A stretch of 64,000 nt of DNA. Source: Marsupella aquatica. Taxonomy: Eukaryota > Plantae > Marchantiophyta. The DNA lies in contig OZ316896.1 in the NCBI GenBank assembly GCA_973895155.1, positions 4,841,925 to 4,905,924 of the forward strand, written 5' to 3'. Positions 39,401 through 50,990 of the stretch are shown here, one piece after another. Position 1 is the first letter of the stretch; every line of letters begins with the position of its first letter. The notes under the pieces are model-generated. The model ran no database searches. It had not been told where the DNA came from and saw only the letters and a program-made list of their open reading frames with translations. The position numbers and the translations under genes are program-made.

Positions 39401-40830
39401 TCAAGTTAGAGGGAAAAGAATAATTGGTGTTGGAAATTTCATGATCAAAAATTGGACAAAAGAATGTCCAGAGTTAGTGAAATCACTGATTCGTTGCAAG
39501 TGAGCGTGAGGAAGAAGTGGGGCAGTCCCCATTTTCTCACCATGCACTTGAGGTCGTCGAGGTGTCTTTCGTGCCACGCCGGGCTCCCAGGAACGGCCTG
39601 CATGATTGTCTTTTTTATTAGCATTTTGTATGTTTCCTTCTCGCTAAAGTGGGGGCACTTCTCCTTGATCTGCATGTATTCCTTGTCAATTACTATCGTC
39701 CTGCTCATGCTTGCTACTTGGCTGGCCTGTCGCAATTGGTACATGATAACCATGTACGGCTTGTACAAAGTGAATATGTTGAACAACTGTTGTGTTCTCC
39801 ATTTCATGTAGTCAATCAAGTTGAGTTGTCCTCGATGGAAACCCCTCAAGTGGACGAACAAGAACGGGAACCTTGCATTTTCCAATATCAATTGTGGATC
39901 GTTCGACAGTCCTTCCGCGTTGGTGTTGATGCTCTCTTCTGAGCATATTCTCTTGCTATCGTACACGGTGCCGGAACGAAAGACCTGGTGGTTGCGCTTG
40001 CGTAAAGTCGGGATCCTATATTGCACATCTTGGAGGATGTGCAGGTTGGGGTCGAATGGGTCAAAGTTCATGGATCTCATGGTGATTCCCTTTGCCCTCT
40101 TGTCTTTGATGATGTTCTCTACTCCGTCGGAACTTAGGATGCACAGTCCCAGTGATGGGTCTGGCAGCTCAACCAATGAACCGTATCTTTTGAAAAGTTG
40201 GTTGGTCGTCAAATTGAGTTCCATGACCTTGTATATCTGTCACATGATCTCCTCTCGATTATTGCACTCTAGCGTGTTGAGATTCCAGGATATGAGCGGG
40301 TTGTCAAGGAGGCTTTCCTTTTTGTAGAAGCCAGAGTGGAAGCCATTGTACTTTGTATGATGCCTAGTTGACAGTTGATTAGCGAGAGAAATTGCATGTA
40401 CAATGGCTTTGCAGCTAGGATGTTGATCGCATATTGCGGAGATATGAAGGTGTTTATCTGGATACGGGCGGGGTTTTGCACACAAGTCACGCACACGTTG
40501 ATTTTTCCATCTCGGTTCTCAATGTATTGGTTGACAAATGCGTTTCATATGTCGTACGGCGTCATGTTCACCTTTGGTACGGTGGTGAATGTCTTGTCGA
40601 GCCTCGGAGTGTTTCCGTATCAAACTAGTCCACACATCCCGCACACCTTCATGCCTTAGACTGTCTTTTGGCAGACGGCTCTCCACTATTGGAGATAAAA
40701 TGGGGCTGAGGCCCATCCTTGACATAACGGACTCAGTGACTTGGCACTGGTGTTTATTGCACGCCTTTGTGCGGCATGTCTCTTCTCGGACATTATACGT
40801 CGTGACATTTTTGGGGAGACCTATATGCAA
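36475..40830 (-). mobile_element. Helitron RepHel (HUH endonuclease + PIF1 helicase), decayed copy A
   Basis: Rep motifs PHFFLTLTCNE..WPEI, YQLQGRESLHAHTVLW (HUH), YLLKYAIK (Y2); helicase motifs GNPGSGKT, FIIDEASML, ILVGDMCQLPPV, VLRQ, FPLMLGYAIT, YLMLSRV. Several frameshifts; termini not resolved. Confidence 0.92.
39202..39490. mobile_element. MITE (289 bp) inserted in the Helitron Rep domain, 4-bp TSD TCGT
   Basis: Imperfect TIRs atcaatagtttcactaattctgga / tccagagttagtgaaatcactgat; tcgt at 39198-39201 and 39491-39494. Excision restores in-frame LTCNE-LNDTHWPEI. Confidence 0.88.
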
Positions 40831-43529
40831 AGGATTATGAACTTGTCAATTTTGTTACCTCACTAGGGTCCATCCAAAATTTGTGCAATGAAACCCCTTG
40901 TCATCAGGTGGTTGCACCTTTGTTGTGGGAGATGGAAGAGATCTACGGGGTTACAAAGGACCCACGATGATACTCTGGTGCAGTTGGTACAATTGATTTG
41001 GATGACTTCATCCAAGAGTTTGATACGTGGTGCAATATGCGGACATTGCGTAATGCCACGTTATTTACCCCTTTCATGGCATGGAAGAGATTATTTCAGC
41101 ATTTGGAGGGGCTACCCATGGATGATTACCATGAGTTTTGGAAGACTCATTTGGTTGAGATTGAGGCATGGAGGCAACATTGGTTGCCTAATTATGTGTC
41201 CATCACTTATGGCACTAGTGCGGCATAACCCTAAGCCAAAGTGGCACACCATCTACTAGTACCACTCTAGTAGCATCCACCGCTACTCCTACTAGTGTGA
41301 TTGTGACAGGGACGGGAGTTGCGCCAACATTGAACCCTGTGGTGGAATTCTTTGAGGTACTAAAGCAGAACTATCAGGGTGTGAGAATTGATAAGTTGAA
41401 GGGTCTCCAGGAGTTGGCAAGACTGGAGAGAGTCTACGTGAGGCATACACTCATATGCACAGATTGATCATTGTCACCAAGGGAGTGACAGAGGCTCAGG
41501 CAGTCCAATTTTGGTATGCAATTCTAGACAGAGAATTGCGACGTAAAGTGAGAGATGTCACTCTACTTAGGGATGCAGATCCCACATTGGCAGTTGTTTT
41601 TACACTTTTTGAGAGCATTGAGTTCATTATGGTGAATGAGAAAGTGGTGACTTCCAAATTTGCCAAGGAAGCACCAAAGGCTGCATCTACACCCACATCA
41701 CAACCTACTGCACGTAAGAGCCAGATGAAGAAGCCCACTGCACAGGAATCTACCAGTCAAAGGCCTATGCCCTCCTATGCTAGACAGCAGTCGGGATGTT
41801 AGACCTATGGTGGGGATCATGCGCAACAATATTGCCTTGATCATAGAGGGTCAAGAGGGGCCTCCGCACCTAATCAGTGGCAGTGTGATAATTGTTGAGC
41901 TCCTAGATACACCAAGGATAGGTGTTTCTCACTCCATCCTGAGTTACAAAGAGGAGGACAGCGCACACATGATTAGGGAAGATGAGGTAAAGATTGTAGT
42001 CATGGCCGAGGTATGCCACATGCAGGGAGATAAGGAGGTGATGTTGCTCCTACTGTGACCATAGGTCCTAAGGACGCTAAGATTGCTCAATTGGAGGAAC
42101 AACTAGTTGCTATGGCTAGTTCTCAGGTGAGACCTACTTCTGGTGATGGGGCTTCTACATCTCATGGACCTTCCACATCTTATGGGGCTGATGGAGACCT
42201 TGTCACCATGGGATTCATGTGTGGCACTGCGCATATTGATGCATCAACAACTTTGACACTTGGGATAGCCAAAACTTTGAGCCCCAAGGAGCAGTAGTGG
42301 AGCTAGATCCACAGAGGGGGGATGCACGTTGTCAGAAAAAGTTCCTCAGTCTTTTACATTGTCAGAGACAGTTCAGACTCCCTCTATGAACCCAATTTGG
42401 ACAAACCCTTGTCTGGGTAAGTTGGCAGAATCACAGGATGTTGCAGTAGGGATGATATGTACCTTGTTGGGGATGACTACCACCATAGTGCGCACCCCAC
42501 TATTTTAAGCGACAGATATGCTGACATTGGGGGTTGGTCCAGTTGATGTGTTCAGATTAGCAGCCACATTATGCGAGGATACTCCAGTTTTGGCTTCCCA
42601 TGCAGAGGCAGCATGCAGTTGTGGAGTAGGAGAGTTGACACCACCTACTGCTACTAGTGAGACATGGCATGCAGCATCAACAAAGTTGATGGATTTTCCA
42701 GCACACCGTGCATTTGAGAGGACTAGGTTTAAACCTAGCGTTGTGTCATTGGATAATCGGGGTGGTATCTTCCGATTAGTTGGGCCTATTGGAGCAGTAT
42801 ACCAGCCAAAGAGAGTGTTACTAGATACTGGTGCCCAGCCTTTGATGTTGGTAAGTCTGCAGTACAAGGATTGGGATTGCATCCAGATGATCTGGAGGAG
42901 TGTCCCTTTCCTATTCAGACTTCATTGGGGAGACCTACACCCACACATCACATCACCAGACGACCACTTGACTTGCGGATTCAAGAGGGTCATGCAAAGG
43001 ATAGCTCTCACATACAGACGAGCTATTTTGACTAAGGTAGAGTCCTATGATGTGTTGGTGGGATGTACAGTGCTGTACCCCATGGGATTTATTCTTGATT
43101 TTTGGGATGAATCAGTTTCATATCGGCCTGATTAGCAATCTGGAGATGCTAGATTGAGCAGATTGCGAGTGCAATTTAGTGGACCTGTGGGGGGCCCTAA
43201 ACCTGCACCACTGTCTGTGGCAGCATTTAGTGATGTGATCACTGATCCTGATGATTTGATTGAGGGCAATGCACATGCAGCAGATTTTCCAAGAGTGGAG
43301 CAGTACGTCACTTGAGGAGCAGGTCATGTATGGGTTACCTGTTGGTAGTGTTGTACCACCAGTGTGGGGCACTAGCCAGGCCTTGCCACAAGCAACAGCA
43401 CAATTGGTATATGATGCGTGGCGTCATGGTTTTACACCACAGCCAGGAGCAGAGCGATCTCCTATAGGTGGGTCGGTGACTCTTTCACCATTGGATACCA
43501 CTCCCATTGCATGGCAGTATCCACTAGAG

Positions 43530-44480
43530 GGTATTTGTTTGTTGGATTTATTTGATGGGATTAGCACTGGATTGGCTGCTATTCTTCAGGCATGAATTCC
43601 AGTGCGTCGTTACTTATATGTGGAGACAGATGAGATAGCATGGAGAGTCTCATTGCGCCATGTGGCTATGTTGGTCAATTGTTATCCATAGTTATTGTGA
43701 GTGGATGTTGTTTGTGGCTATCAACATGCACTGCTTGCTGATATTGTATTGTTGGGGGCGAATCATTTGGATCGCGTTGGTCCTATTGATTTGGTGATTG
43801 GTGATTGGCCATGTCAGGGCCAATCTAGAGTTGGCGTTGGACATGGACTTCATGACCCACGATCTGCATTGTTTTAGGAGATGTTACGGGTGTTGCGTCA
43901 TCTCCAGTTGCATCAAACACAGTCTCCAACCTACATTTAGGAGAATGTGCCACTCTTGGGTAATCATTGTTAGCAATTATTGTTAGTGTTCATCAGGTGG
44001 GGTCTTGTATTGGACCTGTTGTGTTATTGGATGCTGCACGCGTGGGTTCTCGTGCACATTGTCCACACTTGTGGTGGACTAATTTGTTACCAGGTGAGGT
44101 TTTGAAGCGAGCATTTGACAACATTCCTTGCTTGCTAGCCTTGGTAGTGGATGATATTTTAAATCCAGGGCGTCATTCACAGGGTGTGACCCAGCCTCAC
44201 TAATCTCCATTGGCCATAGTCAATGTGGTTGGGCGCCCACGTTGTGCATTACCCACCTTTGTGAGCCATTTTGCTTCATATGCTTTCAGCGCATGTGGTC
44301 ATAGACTTGTGTGGAATGCGTCGGCTCTCCGACAGTTAGTAGAGCCCACTACAGATGAGAGAGAGCGGGTCATGGGATTCTCCACAGGTACAACTGCTGT
44401 TGCATCTGTGTCAGAGAGTTCACACCGCCAAGTCCTTGGCCAAGCCATGGATTTGAATTGTTTGACTTGGATTGTCAGCT
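43530..44480 (+). pseudogene. C5 cytosine DNA methyltransferase domain within the retroelement pol region
   Basis: Reading through stops in the frame of ORF 43260: motif I CLLDLFDGISTG, II YLYVETDE, IV IDLVIGDWPCQGQS (PCQ at 43809-43817), V DPRSALF, VI YI*ENVP (43941-43949). After a frameshift: VIII LDAARVGSRAH(C)P(H)LWWTNL, IX EPTTDERERVMGF, X RQVLGQAMD. Confidence 0.92.
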
Positions 44481-46196
44481 TGGGAGTAGTAGAGCAGTAT
44501 TGGATGCGCTCTGCTGGTGTTACCAATCTTCCATTGGTGAGCTTGCAACATACTGAGATAGTAGTGGCCACAACTGGGGGCGAACAGACAGTCCATGGAC
44601 CTCTAGCAGGATTGGCCAAGGCTGGACAGATTGTTGAGCAAGAAGGGACTGCTCAAACTATTGTTAAATAGCAATCATCGGCTATCTCTTCTACCCTACA
44701 AAAAGATATTAGGGATTTGGTGGAGAGTTGGGAGCCACAGATTGGTCCTAAGTTAACAAGGGAGGAAAGACGTCGCATGCATGTGCCTTCCTTTGTTGGG
44801 TTCCAACATGCATTCGATCTATGGACTCTACTTCATTGGATGAAGTAGATGATGAGTCTACCGATATGGATGCTGATGAGGTTGTGGTTGGACAACAGGA
44901 TATTCACAACAATGAGAGAGTGTTGAAATACCTGCTCACTGGTTCTATTGGTGGCAGTGTTGATGCCAAGGAGCGTGACATGGTTCTCCAAAGAGCCAAG
45001 AGGTTTCAATGGGAAGGAAATCATCTTTTGAGAGAACTACATGATGGTAAGGTATTGGTGGTACCAAAACCATCACAACAAGTACATTTGGTGCGACATG
45101 CGCACGAGGAGTTGGGTGACTTTGGTCTGAAGTGCACTTATAGCTTGTTGCAGACATAGTATTGGTGGCGTGGTATGCACACTCACGTCCAACAATTGAT
45201 AGCTAAGTGTGTGGTATGTACGTGATCGAGTGAGAGCATCCTTCAATGCTCCCACTTCCCAATTGCATCCATTGTCGATCATGGGTTTGGGGTACAGATG
45301 GAGTTTGGACTTTGCTGGTCCATTACCTCTTACCCAAAGACATAATCGGTATGTTTTGGTTATGATGGAGCACTTCTCCAAATGGATTGAGCTAGTAGCG
45401 TTGCCAGATAAAGCTAGTGGAGGAGTTGCTACCATATTTTTGGACCGTGTACTCAGTCATTTTGGGACACCAACTGAGGTGTTGATTGATCAGGGAGCTG
45501 AGTCCCATGGAGAGTTTGAGATTTTGTGCGAGCAAGCTCTGATTGATCATCGTACTACTTCTCATGACCATTCTGAGGCAGATGGATTGGCTGAGAGAGT
45601 AGTGCAAACTATGAAGAGAGGATTGCGCAAGTATGGCTTGTAGGTTGGTCATCTGGGAGATTGGGATCTCCAGTTACCTTGGTTAGCTATGGGCTATCGT
45701 TTCAGTCGGCAAGCATCACTTGCATCCTTCTCACCTTATTTCTTGCTCTATGGTAGAGAGCCAAATTTGCCAGCAGCTATTCGTCGTGATACTGCATCGA
45801 TTGTGAACTTGGATAATCCCAATGTTTGGGTCAAGGTTTGTTCAAAGAGGGCAAGGATTTTTGAGAGAGTCATGCCCATGGCCTTTGCAAACCTTGCCAT
45901 TGCCCAACATCGTGATACTTTGCGGTATGCCACTATTTGTGGAGGAGGTTATTGTGCGAGGATTCAACGATTTCATCCTAGTGATTATGTCGGGGATTAT
46001 GTTTATTTGCAGAAGACATCACCAACTACACTTGATGTGACCGCGGGTCAAAAGTGCTGCCTTCTGGTGTCTGGTGTTGGAATGGCGTGATGGTATGGTT
46101 TGGAAGGATCATGTGCGCAGCTGTGCACCATGTCATCTTCCAAACATTGATGGTACAGTGGATCCAAGCTTAGCACATGTTTGTGCTGGTTTGAAG

Positions 46197-46340
46197 TGTA
46201 TGTTGTGTGAATCTGCTCAAGGAGCAGCTACTCATATGTTTATTTGTGATAAGTATTCTAGAGGATGGCACATGTTGTGTTTGACACCACCATTGCAGGT
46301 GATTCCTAGTGGATCATGGTTGTGTCCTCAGTGTCGGTGA
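46197..46340 (+). other. PHD finger at the C-terminus of the retroelement integrase
   Basis: CMLC-x11-CDK(Y)-x3-WHMLC-LTPPLQVIPSGSW-LCPQC follows the C4HC3 PHD pattern, with one Cys>Tyr substitution (tgt>tat). Confidence 0.88.
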
Positions 46341-46514
46341 ATCCAACTAGTTATCAGTTGTGTTCTCTTGGAAGATATGGATTGCAGGTAGGTGATCGAT
46401 GGGGCTTACTTGCACCCGACCTCCTGATCTTCACACCTAAAAAGATGTATATCAACCTTGTAGATCTCATGGCTAGCTAGAGTTAGGGGACCTTACTCCT
46501 AGCTAGGGGGCGAT

Positions 46515-47121
46515 TGTGGATTTTGAACATGTGTGGACATGAGTTCCACTTGTATTCCCTTCTCTTGTGTTTGTGATGTGGCAGTGTGACTATGTCTGGA
46601 TGTATGTGACAAGTGATGTATGTTATGTAGCAATGTGTATGCGCACGACAATTGTCACACCATTCTAGGTAGTGGTAGAGTGTATTGTCCTATCTAGATT
46701 TGTATGTTTGGTATGTGTGCTATATGAGCCGATAAGGTTCCGTTAGGTTCGTGTGAGAGGGTAGTTCTCTCTTGTGAGACATTGAAAGGTTATCTTTCAA
46801 TGTTGAGCCTTGGAGAGGGGAGCTTGTGTGGTGGCTATGGTGGCTGAGACTCTCTCTATGTAGCATGGATTCCTTGAGTGCAAGGTGCGTTGGCTCGACA
46901 TACATGACTGTGTGATCGGATCAGACGGGATTGAGTGCGTATTGTTGGCATTGATCGTTGTTTGGATTCTATTGGGATTATTGTGGGTTTTGGACATGTG
47001 TGGACATGAGTTCCACTTGTATTCCATTCTCTTGTGTTTGTGATGTGGCAGTGTGACTATATATGTCTAGATGTATGTGACAAGCGATGTATGTTGTGTA
47101 GCAATGTGTATGCGCACGACA
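46515..47121 (+). repeat. Putative 3' LTR (TG...CA) built from two ~136-140 bp direct repeats (46515-46650, 46982-47121)
   Basis: Both copies read tgtgg.ttttg.acatgtgtggacatgagttccacttgtattcc...tgtgtatgcgcacgaca. A PPT-like tract precedes the first copy and Helitron sequence follows the second directly. Confidence 0.7.
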
Positions 47122-47937
47122 AATACTCAAAAACCAACTTGTGTATGTTGTCAACATTGGTTATCAACTTGCAGAGTATGCACTCATGCAAGTAACTCCA
47201 CATGTCGCTTATGGGCCTAAGGAGAATTTTGCCTTGTACACGGAATCTCACAACCTTCAAGAGGTAGTTGTAGAAGAAGTTGTTCATCTTGTATACTGGG
47301 TGATACTCCAAGACTCTCATGATCGAGTCGATCCGTCCAATACACAAAGTTGCCTTGCAGGTCCTAGCCAACATAGTCTTTGCTAGTGTTTTTCTTATTG
47401 GTTAGGACCTTGTGGTTTGTAAAGCAGTCATTAAAGGACATTGCAAACATTGCCTTGGGTGGTTGTGCATAGAATCTGGTGGGGATGCAAACATATCCCC
47501 AAGGACTTACGATAGATGGCGGACCTCAATTCCGGAAGCAAAGAGTCCATGAATGCAACTATCTCTGAGTGATGGATGATGTTGATTTTGAGGCATGTTA
47601 AGGCCGTCTTTGTGGCGCACGTGCTGCAAGACAGCACGGCTCAGTCTGCTAACCAGCTTGAGCTGGACTTCAAACAAGCCTTCGAGTCCTAGAGTGCGTG
47701 CATTGTTTGCATTTAGTTGGAGTGATCCCAGGGGCTTGCATTTGATGGCACACTTGAGCAAATAGAATAACCAGGTTGCGTTTGTCACGCGCTGCAAGTT
47801 CATGTGCGCGCCCCACAACAACAACACGAGCAGATGGTATGGCATGGCCTTTTGGTGGTGGTTGCTTGGTCTGTGGTACCTCCATTTCCCCGTGGTGGGA
47901 TCAATGGCGCCATCTTTGTTGAGGTAAGTGTCTTGGG
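47122..47937 (-). mobile_element. Helitron RepHel fragment, copy B
   Basis: Colinear same-orientation homology to 37939-38749 (EYHPVYKMN.FFYNYLLKVVRFRV; LLLWG.HMNLQRVTNA). Confidence 0.9.
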
Positions 47938-49077
47938 TGTTAGCATCATTCTTCCGAGTGGCTTTTGCTTCGACCCACTTAGTGGCATAATCAGTAGCAA
48001 GTATTATATACTTACTAAGGCTCTTACGTGCAGCTGGTGAGATAGGGCCAATAAAGTCTATGCCCCATTTTTCAAAGATAGCTAATTAAAGGTAAAATAG
48101 GAGTGAGAGGCCACTTAGAAGATGATGTTGGCTTCCCTACTCGGTGGCAAGGATCACATGACTGAATAAATTGGTAAGTATCTTTGTGCATTGTGGGCCA
48201 CCAGTAGCTTGCTACAAGAATTTTTCTAAAAGTGGAATTCATTGCCTAATGGCCTCCAGTTTCACTTGAGTGTAAGGATTCAATGACATGTGAATTTCCC
48301 TTGCTTCTTAATTTCTGATCAGGGTCTTGTTTAAACAAGGTACCTTTAATAATGGTGTAAGGTCCCACCTTATGCGAAGGACAGCCCGCTCTTCAGCATT
48401 AAGACCTTGTGGGAATACCCCATGAAGCAGCATTTGCACTATCTCAAAATACTTGGAAGATTCGCCCTCGATGCACCATAAATGCTCATCTGGAAACTCG
48501 TCTGATAGGTTGTGTTCATTTTCTTCCCCTAGCAGTCTTAACAAGAAGTTAGCATTTTCATGGTGTTTCCCAGGGCGGACATGCACTTCATAATCAAATT
48601 CCTGAAGTAGGAGTACCCATCTTGCTACTCTCCCCAAAAGATCAACTTGGTTAACCAAATATTTTAAAGAGTTGTGGTCAGTATGGAATATAATCTGGTA
48701 ACCCAGGAGATAATGGCAGAATTTATTACAGGCAAACACAATGGCGAAGGCCTCTTGTCAGTGACAGGATAATTCTTTTTTGCTGCACTCATTTGCCTAC
48801 TAGCATAGTAAATGGGGTGGTACATCACGATTATCCTTTTCCTTTTGACTTAAATTAGCGCCTAGCAAAAGGCAGAGGAATCAATAAAGATATGTAACTT
48901 TTTACTCTAGTGAGGAGGTGAAAGAATGAGATCAATTATAAGTCTATCTTTCAATGTTTGAAATGCATGTTATCTCTCCTCACTCCATTCATAATTAAGG
49001 TTCATCTTGCTTCAGCAATTTGGTTAAAGGCAAAGCAACCGAGAAAGCAACATCAGCATGCTTGTAAATAAAGCGGC

Positions 49078-50990
49078 TGTGATGGGGCCAATGCCCCCAA
49101 AGAATGATTTTAAGGGGTATTAGTGACGTGCAAATGTAAATAGGTAGATTTGTGTCATGTTTTTTCTGCTTTTGTTCTTTTACAACTTGCCAATGGGTTG
49201 GTTGGTTTTTATGTCCTCTTAATTTTAGTTGTTGGCCAAGCTTCAGGAAAAGAGGAGGTTGGCCACTGGCCGGTGCAAGACAAGGCATGTACCCTAATGC
49301 CCTCCCATGGTGGAGTTGGGGGATTGCCTCTCTTTTTATTTTATAAGCGGCCTTGGTATTAAAATAATGATGCCCCGGGTCAAAATGTGTGAGTGGCCAA
49401 ACACCACTTTGACCCTGGCCAGGAAGAGATAGGGAGCAGGAGCTTTGGAGTGGGCCAGACACAAAAGTATTAAAAAATACTAAATTTTAAAGAGCCTTGG
49501 CCGTTTGGGGACCCCGGCCAGGAGTATCCTTGCACTTGGGGGAGGACCTAAAAGAGCCCTGGCCACCGGAGGGCAAGCCCAAGGAGACCCCGGCGAGGAG
49601 GACAATGAGGGTTCCTGTGGCCAATCCGTAGATGAGCATCTTACTACAAGCAAGCAGTCAGATGAAGGTTAGTACGTGAGCCGTACGGACCTTGGCCACA
49701 GAAAAGTCAACTTTCAATCTTCTCAAAATCAAGAACTTCTATGCTTATTGGAAGGAGCTCGCCAAACTGAATCCAACAAGGTAAGACACGCCCCAAACAG
49801 AGTTAAAATGAGGAAGATACGGACCAGAGGGTTTTGGCAAAAAGTTGGGGTCCGACGCTGTACAGACATCCGTACATCATTCAGGTGAGTGACCCCGGCC
49901 AAATCTTGGCATGCAGCCTTGGCCAGGGTACCTCCTATGATTTCTTGATGGGAGGCCAGGGCCGTACAGACAACCGGGAAGTGATGGTGGTCGAGGTAGA
50001 ACTTGAGACTCGGTAAGCCATATCTCGAGCATCTAATGTCCGTTTTGGGATCTGTTTTCGGGGTTATGATCAAGATGGCAATGGCTATCCAAAAACATTC
50101 TCAGGACCAGATTTCGAGCAACTTCTGCTTTTGACAATTCTCATGGTCAGGGTAGTGGGAGGTGGAGGCAACCACGTAGTAGGAAGGCAGACCATGGCCT
50201 ATATCGGCCTTAGTCTAGTTTTTTCTTAGTTGATGTGGTGGCCGACAAAGGCACCGTTGGCCGTCTATGGGTAGCAATAGGGTTAGGAGTGCATATGTGT
50301 GTCGAATGCGTAGGAAGCTTTTAGGTTAGTAGCGCCGCTAGTGGATTGTGGCCAGCCAAGGCAGTGGCCGCCGCCACACCCCCCTAGGGCTTGTGCGCTC
50401 ATGCATTGTTTTCATGGTATTTAAATAGCAGCCCCTGGTAGGAGCAAGGGGGAACTCAATCTAGTGTTTTTGTTTTGAGGATTAGCCTTCAACAAGAGTA
50501 GGGAATTCATCTAGAGTAGTGAGATGGAGAGGCGCTCATTGTCCCGTGAGACAGGAGTTGGACAGACAACAGGAGACCGGGTTAATTGCCCATGCAATGT
50601 GTTACATTGGCCACCAACAGATATAGATTCGGTTGGATTCTCATAAATTATTGTGTGGTGTTCTCTCTCTTTGTTGCACGATTGTGTTCTCCCCCTAGCA
50701 TGAATGTTTAGAGAAATTTACATGGTTTGGTCGACCCTGTGAGTGGGAGAGTGGTGACAGCACTTTGCCAAAGGCTAGGAGGAGTAGGAACAAGGTAGTC
50801 CACAGGACTTGATCAAAAGCGGAGTACACGTATAGTCAGTACACGTACATTTTCGAGAGCAAAAACAAATCTACTCATCCTTAGTAGGAAATTAATCCAT
50901 ATAGCGTCCCCGCCGTATGATACAAATAATTCTTAGTGGAAACCAAACGGTATTTGTTGTGTTAATCATTTGATATATAAGCAGGTGACA
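49078..50990. mobile_element. Solo-LTR-like insertion (~1.9 kb) inside the RT of the Athila-like element
   Basis: Termini tgtgat...gtgaca; degenerate 5-bp TSD gcggc / acggg. Removal restores GYY-RRFIYKHAD in the RT. Non-coding, with a TATA-like tatttaaata at ~50418. Confidence 0.78.

Larger units (their letters stand above)
40850..47121 (+). mobile_element. Ty3/Gypsy-like LTR retrotransposon with C5 DNA methyltransferase and PHD finger (5'-truncated, RT/RNase H missing, decayed)
   Basis: gag (DDFIQEFDTWC..; degenerate Zn knuckles ~41790-41940), protease RVLLDTGAQP (~42810), DNMT (~43530-44480), integrase HHCC and DDE (WSLDFAGP..VLIDQGAE..GLAERVV, ~45050-45950), PHD (~46197-46335), purine tract agggggcga followed by TG at 46515. 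Confidence 0.88.

Noticed and set aside
39202-39490. Spliceosomal intron in the Helitron Rep gene
   Set aside because: Its borders are TIRs with a duplicated TCGT rather than GT-AG at the frame-restoring positions.
43530-44480. Host DNMT3/DRM/CMT gene, or bacterial restriction-modification contamination
   Set aside because: It is intronless, lacks UBA/BAH/chromo domains, sits between the retroviral protease and integrase on the same strand, and has decayed like the rest of the element. No restriction gene is nearby.
35588-47937. One Helitron split by the DNMT retroelement
   Set aside because: The piece right of the retroelement (47122-47937) duplicates 37939-38749 rather than continuing from 40830, so these are two separate Helitron copies.
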